Part shown: positions 19,832 to 28,833 of the stretch, piece by piece
Position numbering within the stretch: the stretch's first letter is position 1
Layout of the letters: each line of letters opens with the position of its first letter
NCBI GenBank assembly: GCA_965213675.1
Contig: OZ243916.1
Span: 1,376,001 to 1,440,000, forward strand
Direction of reading: 5' to 3'
Length of the DNA stretch: 64,000 bases
From: an uncultured Candidatus Binatia bacterium
GTDB taxonomy: Bacteria; Desulfobacterota; Binatia; UBA9968; JAJDTQ01
Made by a program: the position numbers and the translations under genes
The notes under the pieces: generated by a model
The model's database searches: none
What the model was told of the DNA's origin: nothing
What the model saw: only the letters and a program-made list of their open reading frames with translations

Positions 19832-20703
19832 CGTTCCAGCGCCCGCGCCACTGCGCGCCTCACCAACACCGCCGCCAAGCGCCGCTGATACGCGGTGACC
19901 TCGGCGTGGGCCGGAAGCGCCGCCAACGCGTCCCCGGCGGCGCGGCCCGCCTCCTCCACCAGATCCCTCTGGCCCGCGGCATCCGTGCGCGCCACGCCCG
20001 CCCCGGCGACACGTTGCTCCACCACCCCGAGTCGCGCAGGCGTCCAGGCCGGCCCCGCTGCCACGACCCTAGCGCCGGTGCATGTGTCCGCGCCATACAG
20101 CACCACCGCCGCCTCGGCCAAGGCGAAGTCGCCGTGGCGCCGGCTGAACTCCACAAAGCTCGTTGATCGACGCGCGGGCGCCAGCGGAATGCGCGCTTCC
20201 ACCAGAATCTCGTCCGCCGCCAACGCGGTCTCGTAAGGACCCAGGAAGAAGTCGGCGGCGGCGATCACCCGTTCGCCTTCCGGCCCCGCTGCCACCAACG
20301 CCGCGTCCAGCGCGGTCATCACGCACGGCAACTCCGCCACCGGATCCGCGTGCGCCAGGCTTCCGCCGATGGTGCCGCGGTTGCGGATGGCGGGGTGGCC
20401 CACGTGCGTCAAGGCCTCCGCCAACAGCGGGCAACGCTCTGCCAACACCGTCGAGAACTCCGCCTCACGCTGGCGCGTCATGGCGCCAATACAAACCCAC
20501 GCGCCATCGTCGCGAATGTAGGACAGGCCCTCCACCTGATTGATGTCCACCACAGTCCCCGGGTGCGCCAGTCGGAGGTTGAGCAGCGGCACAAGACTCT
20601 GCCCGCCGGCCAACAACCGGGTGTCCCCGGGCGATTTTCCCAGAAGGTCCAGCGCTTCGGACAGGCTCCCTGGCGTGTGGTAACGGAACGGGGGTGGTTT
20701 CAT
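19816..20703 (-). CDS. Xanthine dehydrogenase-family FAD medium subunit
   Basis: MKPPPFRY, LAGGQSL, IRNRGTIGGS. Confidence 0.95.
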   Translation of the reverse strand: MKPPPFRYHTPGSLSEALDLLGKSPGDTRLLAGGQSLVPLLNLRLAHPGTVVDINQVEGLSYIRDDGAWVCIGAMTRQREAEFSTVLAERCPLLAEALTHVGHPAIRNRGTIGGSLAHADPVAELPCVMTALDAALVAAGPEGERVIAAADFFLGPYETALAADEILVEARIPLAPARRSTSFVEFSRRHGDFALAEAAVVLYGADTCTGARVVAAGPAWTPARLGVVEQRVAGAGVARTDAAGQRDLVEEAGRAAGDALAALPAHAEVTAYQRRLAAVLVRRAVARALERWSRN

Positions 20704-20885
20704 GGAAAGACGCTCGCGTGTTGCTTGTAGAAGGAAGCCAGAAGGACATCCGCGAATGCACGCAACCGTAACGGTTCGGTCCGACCAACGTCAAGGGCAT
20801 ACCCCTCTCCAGCCCCCTTGCGTCGCCCGTTCCGATGGCGCGCCTCGTTTGCCTATGCCGTGCCCATCGGATACAGGGAACCGCC

Positions 20886-21749
20886 ATGCGCCCTGAAATC
20901 GTTCCTTTTCTTTCCGCCATGGGTTGGGCCGTGGACTCGATTCTGGTGCGCAAGGGCGCGCGCGCATCGAGCGTCCTGAGCGCCGCGTACATGAGCTATT
21001 TGGTGACCGCCGTGCTGATGTGGACGTACGTGGCCATCAACCTCCCTCTGTCCATCGTTCGCTCCCCCGCGGCGTTCTACTTCATGGCCAGTGGCACGCT
21101 TCAGCCTCTGCTGGCCCGAATTTTCCTCTACATCGGCATCGAGCGGCTGGGTGTCGCCCGGGCCATGCCGCTGCGCGGCATCGGACCGCTCTTTTCCGTG
21201 GCCATGGCCGTGGCCTTTCTCCACGAACGGCCGGTACCGGCGGTCTACCTGGGGGCATTGCTCATCGTCGCTGGAGGATGGCTCGTGCTCTACCGAAAGG
21301 ACGCCGCCAACTCCGACTGGCGGTTGGTGGACGCACTCTATCCGATGTTGGCGGCAGTGCTGGCGGGGATCTCACAAGTCCTTCGCAAGGCGGGTCTGCT
21401 CATCCTGCCCAATCCCTTCGTGGCCGGCGCCGTGACCACCGGCACGTCCCTCGTCATCTTCACACTCTACCTGTGTATCAAGCGGCAGTTCCCCGTGGTG
21501 ATCCCGAACCGCCAGAGCCTCCCCTACTTCGGGCCGTCGGCCTTCGTCTCGGCGATCTCACAGCTCCTGGTCTTCACCTCGCTGAACCTGGGCGATGTGT
21601 CGGTGATGATACCGCTGCTCAACACCACCCCGCTCTTCTCGCTCCTGTTCAGCATCATCTTTCTGAGGGATCTCGAGAAGGTCACGGCGCACATCGTCTT
21701 CGGCGCCCTGTCGTTATTGGGCGGCGTGATCCTCATCACCCTTCGGTAG
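20886..21749 (+). CDS. DMT/EamA family transporter
   Basis: About ten TM segments in two EamA repeats (FLHER, FLRDLEKVT). Confidence 0.85.
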   Translation: MRPEIVPFLSAMGWAVDSILVRKGARASSVLSAAYMSYLVTAVLMWTYVAINLPLSIVRSPAAFYFMASGTLQPLLARIFLYIGIERLGVARAMPLRGIGPLFSVAMAVAFLHERPVPAVYLGALLIVAGGWLVLYRKDAANSDWRLVDALYPMLAAVLAGISQVLRKAGLLILPNPFVAGAVTTGTSLVIFTLYLCIKRQFPVVIPNRQSLPYFGPSAFVSAISQLLVFTSLNLGDVSVMIPLLNTTPLFSLLFSIIFLRDLEKVTAHIVFGALSLLGGVILITLR

Positions 21750-21832
21750 CCCTCGGAAAGAACCGCAGAGAACCGCGCGGGAGCAGGCCCCGTCATCCCT
21801 TGCCCGCCTCACAAATATGGCGGCGCCACGCG

Positions 21833-21861
21833 TTGACACGTGGGCACCCAGACAATACTTT
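21833..21861 (+). promoter_or_regulatory. Sigma70-type promoter
   Basis: TTGACA (21833-21838), 17-nt spacer, TACTTT (21856-21861). Confidence 0.65.
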
Positions 21862-21989
21862 CATGATCGATTCAAATTAAATCGGACAACCAAGGCTAAT
21901 GTCCCCGCGGAATGCGCCGATGAGACCAGAAGAGAGGCAAAGGACGAGAACGCGGCCTCAGAAAAGTTCGGCAAACTTGGGGAGTGGGC

Positions 21990-22220
21990 ATGAACGGTGA
22001 AATCTTCACGATTATAGGAGTCGGCATGGCACTCGGCCTGTTCATCTGGCGCGTCAGTGCGCGACTGGACGGCCGGATTGATCGTTTGGAAGCTCGATTT
22101 GACGGGCGGATTGATCGGATTTACGGACGACTTGATGGCTTGGTGCACGAGATGCACGAACTGGCGCGGGAGTTTGCGGAACTACGGGGGGAACTCCGCA
22201 AGGAACATGCGTCAAGTTGA
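21990..22220 (+). CDS. Small membrane-anchored coiled-coil protein
   Basis: GGAG RBS; one TM segment, then RLDGRIDRLEA/RFDGRIDRIYG repeats. Confidence 0.75.
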   Translation: MNGEIFTIIGVGMALGLFIWRVSARLDGRIDRLEARFDGRIDRIYGRLDGLVHEMHELAREFAELRGELRKEHASS

Positions 22221-23201
22221 AACACCGGATGCCTGGTCCACTCGGTTCCGACCCTCGCCACGGCGGAAGGCCTGGATGTTCTCGAACACCTCGTCCAGCA
22301 GCCGTTGACGCGCCTCGCGTGCGGCCCAGGCGCAGTGAGGGGTGATGAGCAGATTATCCAGCCGCGCTGCGGCTTCCATCATGAGGTGGCCCTCATCCGG
22401 CGGCTCCTGGGAGATCACATCCAGGGCCGCGCCCGCGATCCGGCCCTGTTCCAGCGCCTCGATGAGGGCCGGCTCATCCACCAGGCCGCCACGGGCCGTA
22501 TTGACCAGGTAGGCGCCAGGCTTCATGAGCGACAGCGTGCGCGGGTTGACGAGCCCCTGGGTCAGCGGTGTCAGCGGGCAGTGCAGACTCACGATGTCGG
22601 CTCGCCTCCACACATCATCCACCGGCGACCGGCCCGGCCCCGGGCGTTTGTCTCCCACCCGTCCAGCCACCATCACTTCCAGTCCGAAGACCCGGGCCAT
22701 CTCCGCCACCTTGCGCCCGATGTTGCCGTAACCGACGATGCCCAGCACCCGCCCATGCAACTCGAAGCTCGGGTAGTCGTGGCGGGTGAAGATGGTGCTC
22801 TCCTGCCAGTGGCCCATGCGGGTCCCTTGGGCATACCGGGCCGCTTGGGTAGCCAACTCCAGGATCAGCGACAGGGTGAACTGGGCCACCGACGCGGTGG
22901 CGTAGCCCGGCACGTTGCACACGGCGATGCCGCGCTCTCGCGCGCACGCAATATCGACATTGTCGGTGCCGGTGGCGCCCACGGCAATGAGCTGGAGCCG
23001 CGCCGCCGAAGCGTGCTCCAGCCGCGGCCGGTCGAGAGAGAGCTTGTTGATCACCACGCAGTCGCGGTTCGCCAGACGCTCGGGCAGCTCGTCCGCGTCG
23101 GTCAATTCGTGTACCTCGCACCCGCCGGCCGCCTCGAACCGGTGCAGGGAGATGACGCCGAAGGTCGCCGCGTCCAGAAACGCGGTGCGGAACGCGCTCA
23201 C
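22212..23201 (-). CDS. D-2-hydroxyacid dehydrogenase (glycerate dehydrogenase/HprA-like)
   Basis: ATGTDNVD, GIVGYGNIG, LHCPLT, NTARG, TPHCAW; GTG start overlaps the cupin stop. Confidence 0.9.
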   Translation of the reverse strand: MSAFRTAFLDAATFGVISLHRFEAAGGCEVHELTDADELPERLANRDCVVINKLSLDRPRLEHASAARLQLIAVGATGTDNVDIACARERGIAVCNVPGYATASVAQFTLSLILELATQAARYAQGTRMGHWQESTIFTRHDYPSFELHGRVLGIVGYGNIGRKVAEMARVFGLEVMVAGRVGDKRPGPGRSPVDDVWRRADIVSLHCPLTPLTQGLVNPRTLSLMKPGAYLVNTARGGLVDEPALIEALEQGRIAGAALDVISQEPPDEGHLMMEAAARLDNLLITPHCAWAAREARQRLLDEVFENIQAFRRGEGRNRVDQASGVST

Positions 23202-23716
23202 GACCGGCCCTCGTCCTCGGGTCCGGTCTCGTCCTGGAAGTACGGCACTTCGGTTCCCGTCTTGTAGATGCCCCGGAACGGCCTTGGTTCGGACGCCCCC
23301 GGACCGGCGTAGACCCCGACCTTGCCGGAGTCGGGATAGTGCACGATGTCGGGATACTGCATGGTGCTGACGCACAGGTAGCGCAGGTCCGCGTCCGAGG
23401 TGTTCACGAGCTGGTGACTCATCCCCGCACCTCCCGGACAGGCGATGAACGTCCCGGCGCGCACCGCCACGGTCTCGCCGCCGAACCGCAGGCTCCCCGC
23501 GCCCTCGAGAATGTAGATCAGCTCTTCGTTGAGGGTGTGGGCGTGAAGCGGAAACGCGGTCTTGCCCGGTGGCACGGTGAAGAGCCCGTAACCGAGCTTC
23601 TGCGCGCCCGCGGCGAGACCGACGCGCTGCCGTGTCCCGCCGAACGAAGTGCCTTCGGGCGACGGCAACGCTTCCTCGGGGACTTCTGACACATGCACGA
23701 TATGCTTGTGGCTCAT
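23198..23716 (-). CDS. Cupin-domain protein
   Basis: FPLHAHTLNEELIYILEG...HQLVN...YPDSGK. Confidence 0.88.
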   Translation of the reverse strand: MSHKHIVHVSEVPEEALPSPEGTSFGGTRQRVGLAAGAQKLGYGLFTVPPGKTAFPLHAHTLNEELIYILEGAGSLRFGGETVAVRAGTFIACPGGAGMSHQLVNTSDADLRYLCVSTMQYPDIVHYPDSGKVGVYAGPGASEPRPFRGIYKTGTEVPYFQDETGPEDEGRS

Positions 23717-23823
23717 CGGTAATCCTCCTTCCGACAGCATACGGTTCGCGTGATCGGACTCAGGGCGCATGAAACACGACCCGGGAGAGGCACGGCCCGG
23801 GCTGCTGTACGACTCCCTCGACT

Positions 23824-23850
23824 CCAGGAGCCTGCGGTGCGGGTTCCTGG
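23824..23850. repeat. 27-bp REP-like palindrome
   Basis: CCAGGAGCCTGCGGTGCGGGTTCCTGG; relatives at 27384, 41596, 47678 and 14400. Confidence 0.6.
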
Positions 23851-23941
23851 CCGCGTGTCCGGTATCGTCCCTTCGCATGGTAGATAGATGCCGAGGAGTC
23901 ATCATGCGAGTGAATTGGACAGGCTTCCAGGAGCTTGCGCC

Positions 23942-24577
23942 ATGAGCATCCTGTTCGCTTACGCCATGGGGTTTTCCGTGGCCTCCATGCCCGGCCCCAT
24001 CCTGGCGCTCATCACCACCGAGACGCTGCGCCGGGGCGCCTGGCCGGGGGCGCAGACGGCCTTGGCGCCCATGTGCGTGGATGCCTGCGTCATGCTGCCG
24101 CTGGTGATGGCGCTCCATTCCGCCATTCCCGCCGGGGCCGGCGCCATGGCCATGGGCATGGGCGGCGGCGCGTTTCTCCTCTGGCTCGGATTCCAGTCCC
24201 TCCGGGCCGGGTCGGCGCCCGAGGCCAGCGGCCGTCAGCGCGGCGCGCGGAGCCTTCCCCCCTTCCTCAAGAGCGTTCTCACTCACCTCATGAATCCCTA
24301 TGCCTACATCTTCTGGGGGACGGTGGGTTTCGGCTTCGTGCGCGCGGGCTTCGCAAGCCAGGGCGTTCAGGGAGCGCTGTCGTTTCCCGTGGGCTTCTGG
24401 CTCGGGGCCGGCACCCTGAACTTCCTGGTGGTGTACCTGGTCAGTCGCGGGCGGCGCTACCTGCCGCCACGACTCGAGCCCCACGTACACGTCCTTTCCG
24501 GACTCCTGTTGATGGGGGCGGGCGTCTTCCTCGTGTGGGCCGTATCCACGGATTACGTCCAGGGCTCTGCGCGGTAG
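23942..24577 (+). CDS. LysE-family translocator
   Basis: ASMPGPI, LTHLMNPY, multiple TM segments. Confidence 0.85.
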   Translation: MSILFAYAMGFSVASMPGPILALITTETLRRGAWPGAQTALAPMCVDACVMLPLVMALHSAIPAGAGAMAMGMGGGAFLLWLGFQSLRAGSAPEASGRQRGARSLPPFLKSVLTHLMNPYAYIFWGTVGFGFVRAGFASQGVQGALSFPVGFWLGAGTLNFLVVYLVSRGRRYLPPRLEPHVHVLSGLLLMGAGVFLVWAVSTDYVQGSAR

Positions 24578-24634
24578 AAGTCCGCATGAGAGTCCATGGG
24601 GTTTCGGAACAACGTCCTGGCGCCCTTTCCGGCT

Positions 24635-25462
24635 TCACCGGCGGCTCTTCTTCATCTCACCGGCGGCCTTGGCCTCCTCCCAAAGCGCATCCATCTCCTC
24701 GAAGGAAGCCTGATCCACCGTCTGGCCCCGTTCCGCAAGCGCGCGCTCGATGTGGGCGAAGCGCTGGTGGAAGCGCTGGAGGGCGCCTTCCAGCGCCTCT
24801 TCCGCCTGCACCTTCAGGAATCGGCCCAGGTTGACCACCGAGAACAGCAGGTCCCCGAGCTCCGCTTCCACCCGGTCCGCCACTCCGCCGCTGGCCGCCT
24901 CGCGCAATTCCTCCAGTTCTTCCTCCACCTTGCGCCACACCGGCTCCACATGCGGCCAATCGAACCCGACGCTCGCGGCCTTGTCGCCGATGCGTTGAGC
25001 GCGCGCCAAGGCCGGCATGGCCCGCGGCACCGACGTGAACAGCGAGTGGCCCTGCGCGCCGGACGACGGTTTCTCCCGCGCCTTGATCTTCTCCCAGTTG
25101 CGCAACACCGCGCCGGCGTCACTCGCGCGCTCGTCGCCAAAGACGTGGGGATGCCGCCGCACCAGCTTGTCGCGCAGGCCGATCATCACGTCCTCCACGG
25201 CGAAACGCCCATCCTCGCTGGCCATCTGCGCGTGGAACAGCACTTGCAGCAGCACGTCTCCGAGTTCTTCCCGGATGCCCGCGGCATCGTCCTCATCGAT
25301 GGCTTCCAAAAGCTCGTAGGTCTCCTCCACCGCGTAGCGCTTGAGCGACGCGTGGGTCTGCTCCCGGTCCCACGGGCAACCGCCCTCGCCGCGCAAACGC
25401 GCCATCACCCCGACCAACTCCTCGAACAGTTCGCCGGTGTTCTTTCGCTTGCCGCCGCTCAC
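24635..25462 (-). CDS. mazG: Nucleoside triphosphate pyrophosphohydrolase
   Basis: GCPWDREQT, EETYE, EELGDVL, RRHPHVF, GFDW; start taken as GTG 25462 (uncertain). Confidence 0.93.
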   Translation of the reverse strand: MSGGKRKNTGELFEELVGVMARLRGEGGCPWDREQTHASLKRYAVEETYELLEAIDEDDAAGIREELGDVLLQVLFHAQMASEDGRFAVEDVMIGLRDKLVRRHPHVFGDERASDAGAVLRNWEKIKAREKPSSGAQGHSLFTSVPRAMPALARAQRIGDKAASVGFDWPHVEPVWRKVEEELEELREAASGGVADRVEAELGDLLFSVVNLGRFLKVQAEEALEGALQRFHQRFAHIERALAERGQTVDQASFEEMDALWEEAKAAGEMKKSRR

Positions 25463-25604
25463 GCGCGCACCGCCCGGCCTGGTCTCGCCTCCCGTGTCAC
25501 CACGCAATCCATGAAACCGCGGCTCCGGGGCGCCCGGCGCTGCTTCGCCCCGCGCCCGGGGCGTCGCGGCGCCAAGACGGAGGGCGGCTCCGCGGCTCCC
25601 TCGC

Positions 25605-26000
25605 TCATGGCTCTTCCTCACGAGGCGCGCCGACCCAGCCGGTGTCCGACACGTCGATTTCCTGCTCTTCCGGCCCGGTGACCTTCACCTCGAAGTAGGG
25701 CTGGGGACGGGACGGATCGGTGGGACGAATCCGCGCCATGTCCGTGAGCTGCCCGCCGCCCAACCGGGCGACCCGTCCCACCGCCTCTTCGAGGTTGTCC
25801 ACCTGGAACCCGAAATGGTCCACGCCCGCCGGCGACGTGGGGGTCTTGAGCTTCAGGATCGCCAGGTTGATATGGCCGTCGGAGAGATACACGCCATTCA
25901 GCCCCTTACCCACCTCCTCGAGATCAAACGCTTCCTTGTAGAAGGCCGCGGTCCTTGCCACGTCCCCGGTCCTGACCGCAATGTGCTTGAGTCGCGCCAT
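25605..26000 (-). CDS. VOC/glyoxalase family protein
   Basis: MARLKHIAVRT, YLSDGHINLAIL, GVDHFGFQV. Confidence 0.85.
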   Translation of the reverse strand: MARLKHIAVRTGDVARTAAFYKEAFDLEEVGKGLNGVYLSDGHINLAILKLKTPTSPAGVDHFGFQVDNLEEAVGRVARLGGGQLTDMARIRPTDPSRPQPYFEVKVTGPEEQEIDVSDTGWVGAPREEEP

Positions 26001-26160
26001 GGAAGTTCCTCCTGTGTTCGCCTGTCGCCCGGAAATCCGATCACAATCTACAGGAAATGACTGTCCGTTGCATTCCACGCGACCCCGCGGCAACTCACTC
26101 GACTCCGCAGCCCGGCGGGCGCTCACAAACACGCTCGCGAAACGCTAGACTCGATACTCC

Positions 26161-27387
26161 ATGAACTTCGGGCGCCACGGCATTTCCATTTCCGTTTTCT
26201 GGTTCACCTTCTTCGGGGCCCTGGGCGTCTTCTTCCCCTACTACAGCCTCTACCTCAAGGAGAACGCGGGCCTTACCGGCATCCAGCTCGGGATGGTCCT
26301 ATCGGTGACGCCCCTCGTGGGCATCGTGGCCCAACCCTTCTGGGGTCAGGTAGCGGACCGCACCGGCGTCCGCGGCCAGCTCGCGGCGTTCCTCTCCCTG
26401 ATGGCGGCCGCGGGGTTCGTGCTGCTGGGGCTGGCCCACGGGTTCGTCCTCATTCTCCTGGCGGCCATCTTCCTGGCGTTCTTCTCAACGCCGGTGATTC
26501 CGTTGTCGGTTTCCGTGGCCCTCGCCGCCTTTCGCCACTCGGGACCCCACGCCTACGGCTTCGCCCGGGCGTGGGGCACGGTGGGCTTTCTCGCCTCGGT
26601 GCTGGTCTTCCCGCTGGCGCTGGACCAAGTGCAGCAATGGCGCGGGCTGGTGGCTGCGGCGGGAGGGCCTTCGGAGCCCGGCCTTTGGGTCATGTTCCTG
26701 GGGACGGCGGGTATCGTGCTCGTGGCCGCGGCCATCGGCCTTGCCCTGCCGCGGGAGGGTCTGGCCGCACAACGGGCGGGCCGCGGCGAGTGGCGCGTGC
26801 TGCTGCGACGCGGCCCCATGCGCCGCATGCTCGTGTTCGCCTTCTGCGCCTACCTCTTCGTCACTGGCCCCATGGGGCTCCTGCCGGTCTACGTCCGTGC
26901 CCAGGGCGGCACCCTGGAAACGGTGCAGTACATGTGGATCCTGATGCTCATCGTGGAGATCCCCCTGATCCTGTGCACGGGCATGGGCCTCAAACGCATC
27001 GGCGCCCGCGGGCTCCTGGCCGCGGGGGTGCTGGCCGGCGGCATCCGCTGGACCGTGTGCGGCCTCACCGCCAACCCTTACTGGATCTATCCGGTGCAAA
27101 TGCTTCACGGCGTGATGGTGACGGGCCTGATGATGGGTGGGCCGCTGTACGTGGACCGGATCGCCCCGGGGCGGCTCCGTTCCACTGCCCAGGGCCTGGT
27201 GGCCATGGTGGGACTCGGGCTGGGCGGCATCGCGTCCAACACCGCAGCGGGCTGGATCCTCGACCACTTCGGCGCCAACGCGCCCTATCTTGCCGGCGGC
27301 ACCGGCGCCCTGGTGGTCGGGCTCGCGATCCACTGGATCCTGCCGCCCGTGGCCCACGACGACGAGACGCCGGAGACACCACACTAG
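26161..27387 (+). CDS. MFS transporter (MFS_1-like, HcaT/nucleoside-symporter type)
   Basis: About 12 TM segments; PFWGQVADRTG, RAWGTVGF, RSTAQGL. Confidence 0.88.
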   Translation: MNFGRHGISISVFWFTFFGALGVFFPYYSLYLKENAGLTGIQLGMVLSVTPLVGIVAQPFWGQVADRTGVRGQLAAFLSLMAAAGFVLLGLAHGFVLILLAAIFLAFFSTPVIPLSVSVALAAFRHSGPHAYGFARAWGTVGFLASVLVFPLALDQVQQWRGLVAAAGGPSEPGLWVMFLGTAGIVLVAAAIGLALPREGLAAQRAGRGEWRVLLRRGPMRRMLVFAFCAYLFVTGPMGLLPVYVRAQGGTLETVQYMWILMLIVEIPLILCTGMGLKRIGARGLLAAGVLAGGIRWTVCGLTANPYWIYPVQMLHGVMVTGLMMGGPLYVDRIAPGRLRSTAQGLVAMVGLGLGGIASNTAAGWILDHFGANAPYLAGGTGALVVGLAIHWILPPVAHDDETPETPH

Positions 27388-27505
27388 GAACCTGCGCCGC
27401 AGGACTTCACGGCTGCAAATCCGCTCTCATCCGTCCCTTCGGCCGTCCCCAACGGTTCACGCTGGTTCATGCCGTAGCAAGGAGAACCTGCCGGGGCAGC
27501 CACAA

Positions 27506-28471
27506 TCAGGCGAGCTTGACCAGCTTCTGCAGGCTGCGCATTTCCCGCGGCGGGTCGAGCCGCCGGCCCATGATGGTCCAGGAAACCTCTGCGACGTAGA
27601 GGTTGCGGTTCGAATCCAGGCACATGCCGTGGGGCGCGATGAACTGACCCGGTCCCTCGCCCATGACCGGATCGCCGAAGCGCGCCAGCTCGATGCCGCC
27701 GGCGTCGCGGATGACGATGCGGTGGCCGATGTTGGGGTACGCGCCGTTCTGGGATGTGCCTGGACCCAGTTCGCCAATGTAGCAGACGGGCTTGGCGCCG
27801 TTGCCGAGGTTCTCCATGTAGAGCGCGCACGGGCGGTGCAGGTTGTCGCACCACTGGGTCTCGAAGCGCCCCTTGCCGTCGAACACCTGGATGCGGTGGT
27901 TCTCCCGATCCGCCACGTACACCCAGCCGTCGGCGTCGGTGCAGATGTTGTGCACCAGGTTGAACTGGCCGGGGTCGGTGCCGGGCTCGCCCCAGGAGAA
28001 CAGGAACTTGCCGTCCGGCGCATACTTGTGCACCCGCGAGTTGCCGTAGCCGTCCGAGACGTAGATGTCGCCACCGGGCGAGAACGCCACGTGGGTGCAC
28101 CGGTTGAAAGGGTCGCCCTGTTGAAACGCGGCCGCCTTGCCCGGCACGCCGAGGGTCATGAGCACCTTGCCGTCCAGGGTGCACTTGCGCACCGTGTGGT
28201 CGCCGTCATCGGTCAGAAAGACGGTCCCGTCCTCCTGCCCCATGGTGACTCCGTGGGCGCGGGTAAACACCCCCTCGCCCCACGTGCGCAGGAAGCGCCC
28301 GTCCTTGTCGAACACGATCATCGGGTGCTCGCCCCGGGTGAAGCAGTAGACGTTGTCGCGCGCGTCCACGCCCACGCCGGCCACTTCCTTGAAACTCATG
28401 CCGTCAGGCAATTGCGCCCAGCCGTCCTGCGCCTCGTAGCGAAAGTCGCCGCTGCCCAGTGTCGTTGTCAT
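27506..28471 (-). CDS. NHL-repeat protein (peptidyl-alpha-hydroxyglycine lyase-like)
   Basis: IYVSDGYGNSRVHKY, YVADRENHRIQVFD, GQFIAPHG. Confidence 0.88.
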   Translation of the reverse strand: MTTTLGSGDFRYEAQDGWAQLPDGMSFKEVAGVGVDARDNVYCFTRGEHPMIVFDKDGRFLRTWGEGVFTRAHGVTMGQEDGTVFLTDDGDHTVRKCTLDGKVLMTLGVPGKAAAFQQGDPFNRCTHVAFSPGGDIYVSDGYGNSRVHKYAPDGKFLFSWGEPGTDPGQFNLVHNICTDADGWVYVADRENHRIQVFDGKGRFETQWCDNLHRPCALYMENLGNGAKPVCYIGELGPGTSQNGAYPNIGHRIVIRDAGGIELARFGDPVMGEGPGQFIAPHGMCLDSNRNLYVAEVSWTIMGRRLDPPREMRSLQKLVKLA

Positions 28472-28565
28472 GACCAATCTCTCACTTTCTTCTCAGCCGT
28501 GCCGAACTGTCTCGTGGACCCGATGGGGCAAAACTCACTCCCGAGCAACTTGGCCACGGACGTTG

Positions 28566-28692
28566 AAATGTTGACAAAGAAGTGGAGGATTTTTTGTTGC
28601 CGGCAAGGCGCGATGACGAGCAGTGGCGGTTACCACGCGAGGAAGAGCAACGCGCTCGACGACGAAAAAGACCGGCAGATTTGTCAACATTT
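28566..28692. repeat. 13-bp perfect inverted repeat pair, ~100 bp apart
   Basis: AAATGTTGACAAA (28566-28578) and TTTGTCAACATTT (28680-28692). Confidence 0.7.
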
Positions 28693-28833
28693 ACGCGAGA
28701 CACGACACTATCTCCTTTGACCGCCAACAGCAACGGATGCGGCTTTCCGTCCGTGCGCCATGTCATTCCATGTACGGTGACCCATGGGCCATCGCGGCTT
28801 GAACAATCACACCGCGCCGTCTAGTATCGCCCG

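Noticed and set aside
16632-20703. Aerobic CO dehydrogenase coxMSL
   Set aside because: Lacks the AYxCSFR loop and cox accessory genes
27605-27620. tRNA T-loop-like GGTTCGAATCC
   Set aside because: Inside the NHL CDS with no cloverleaf around it
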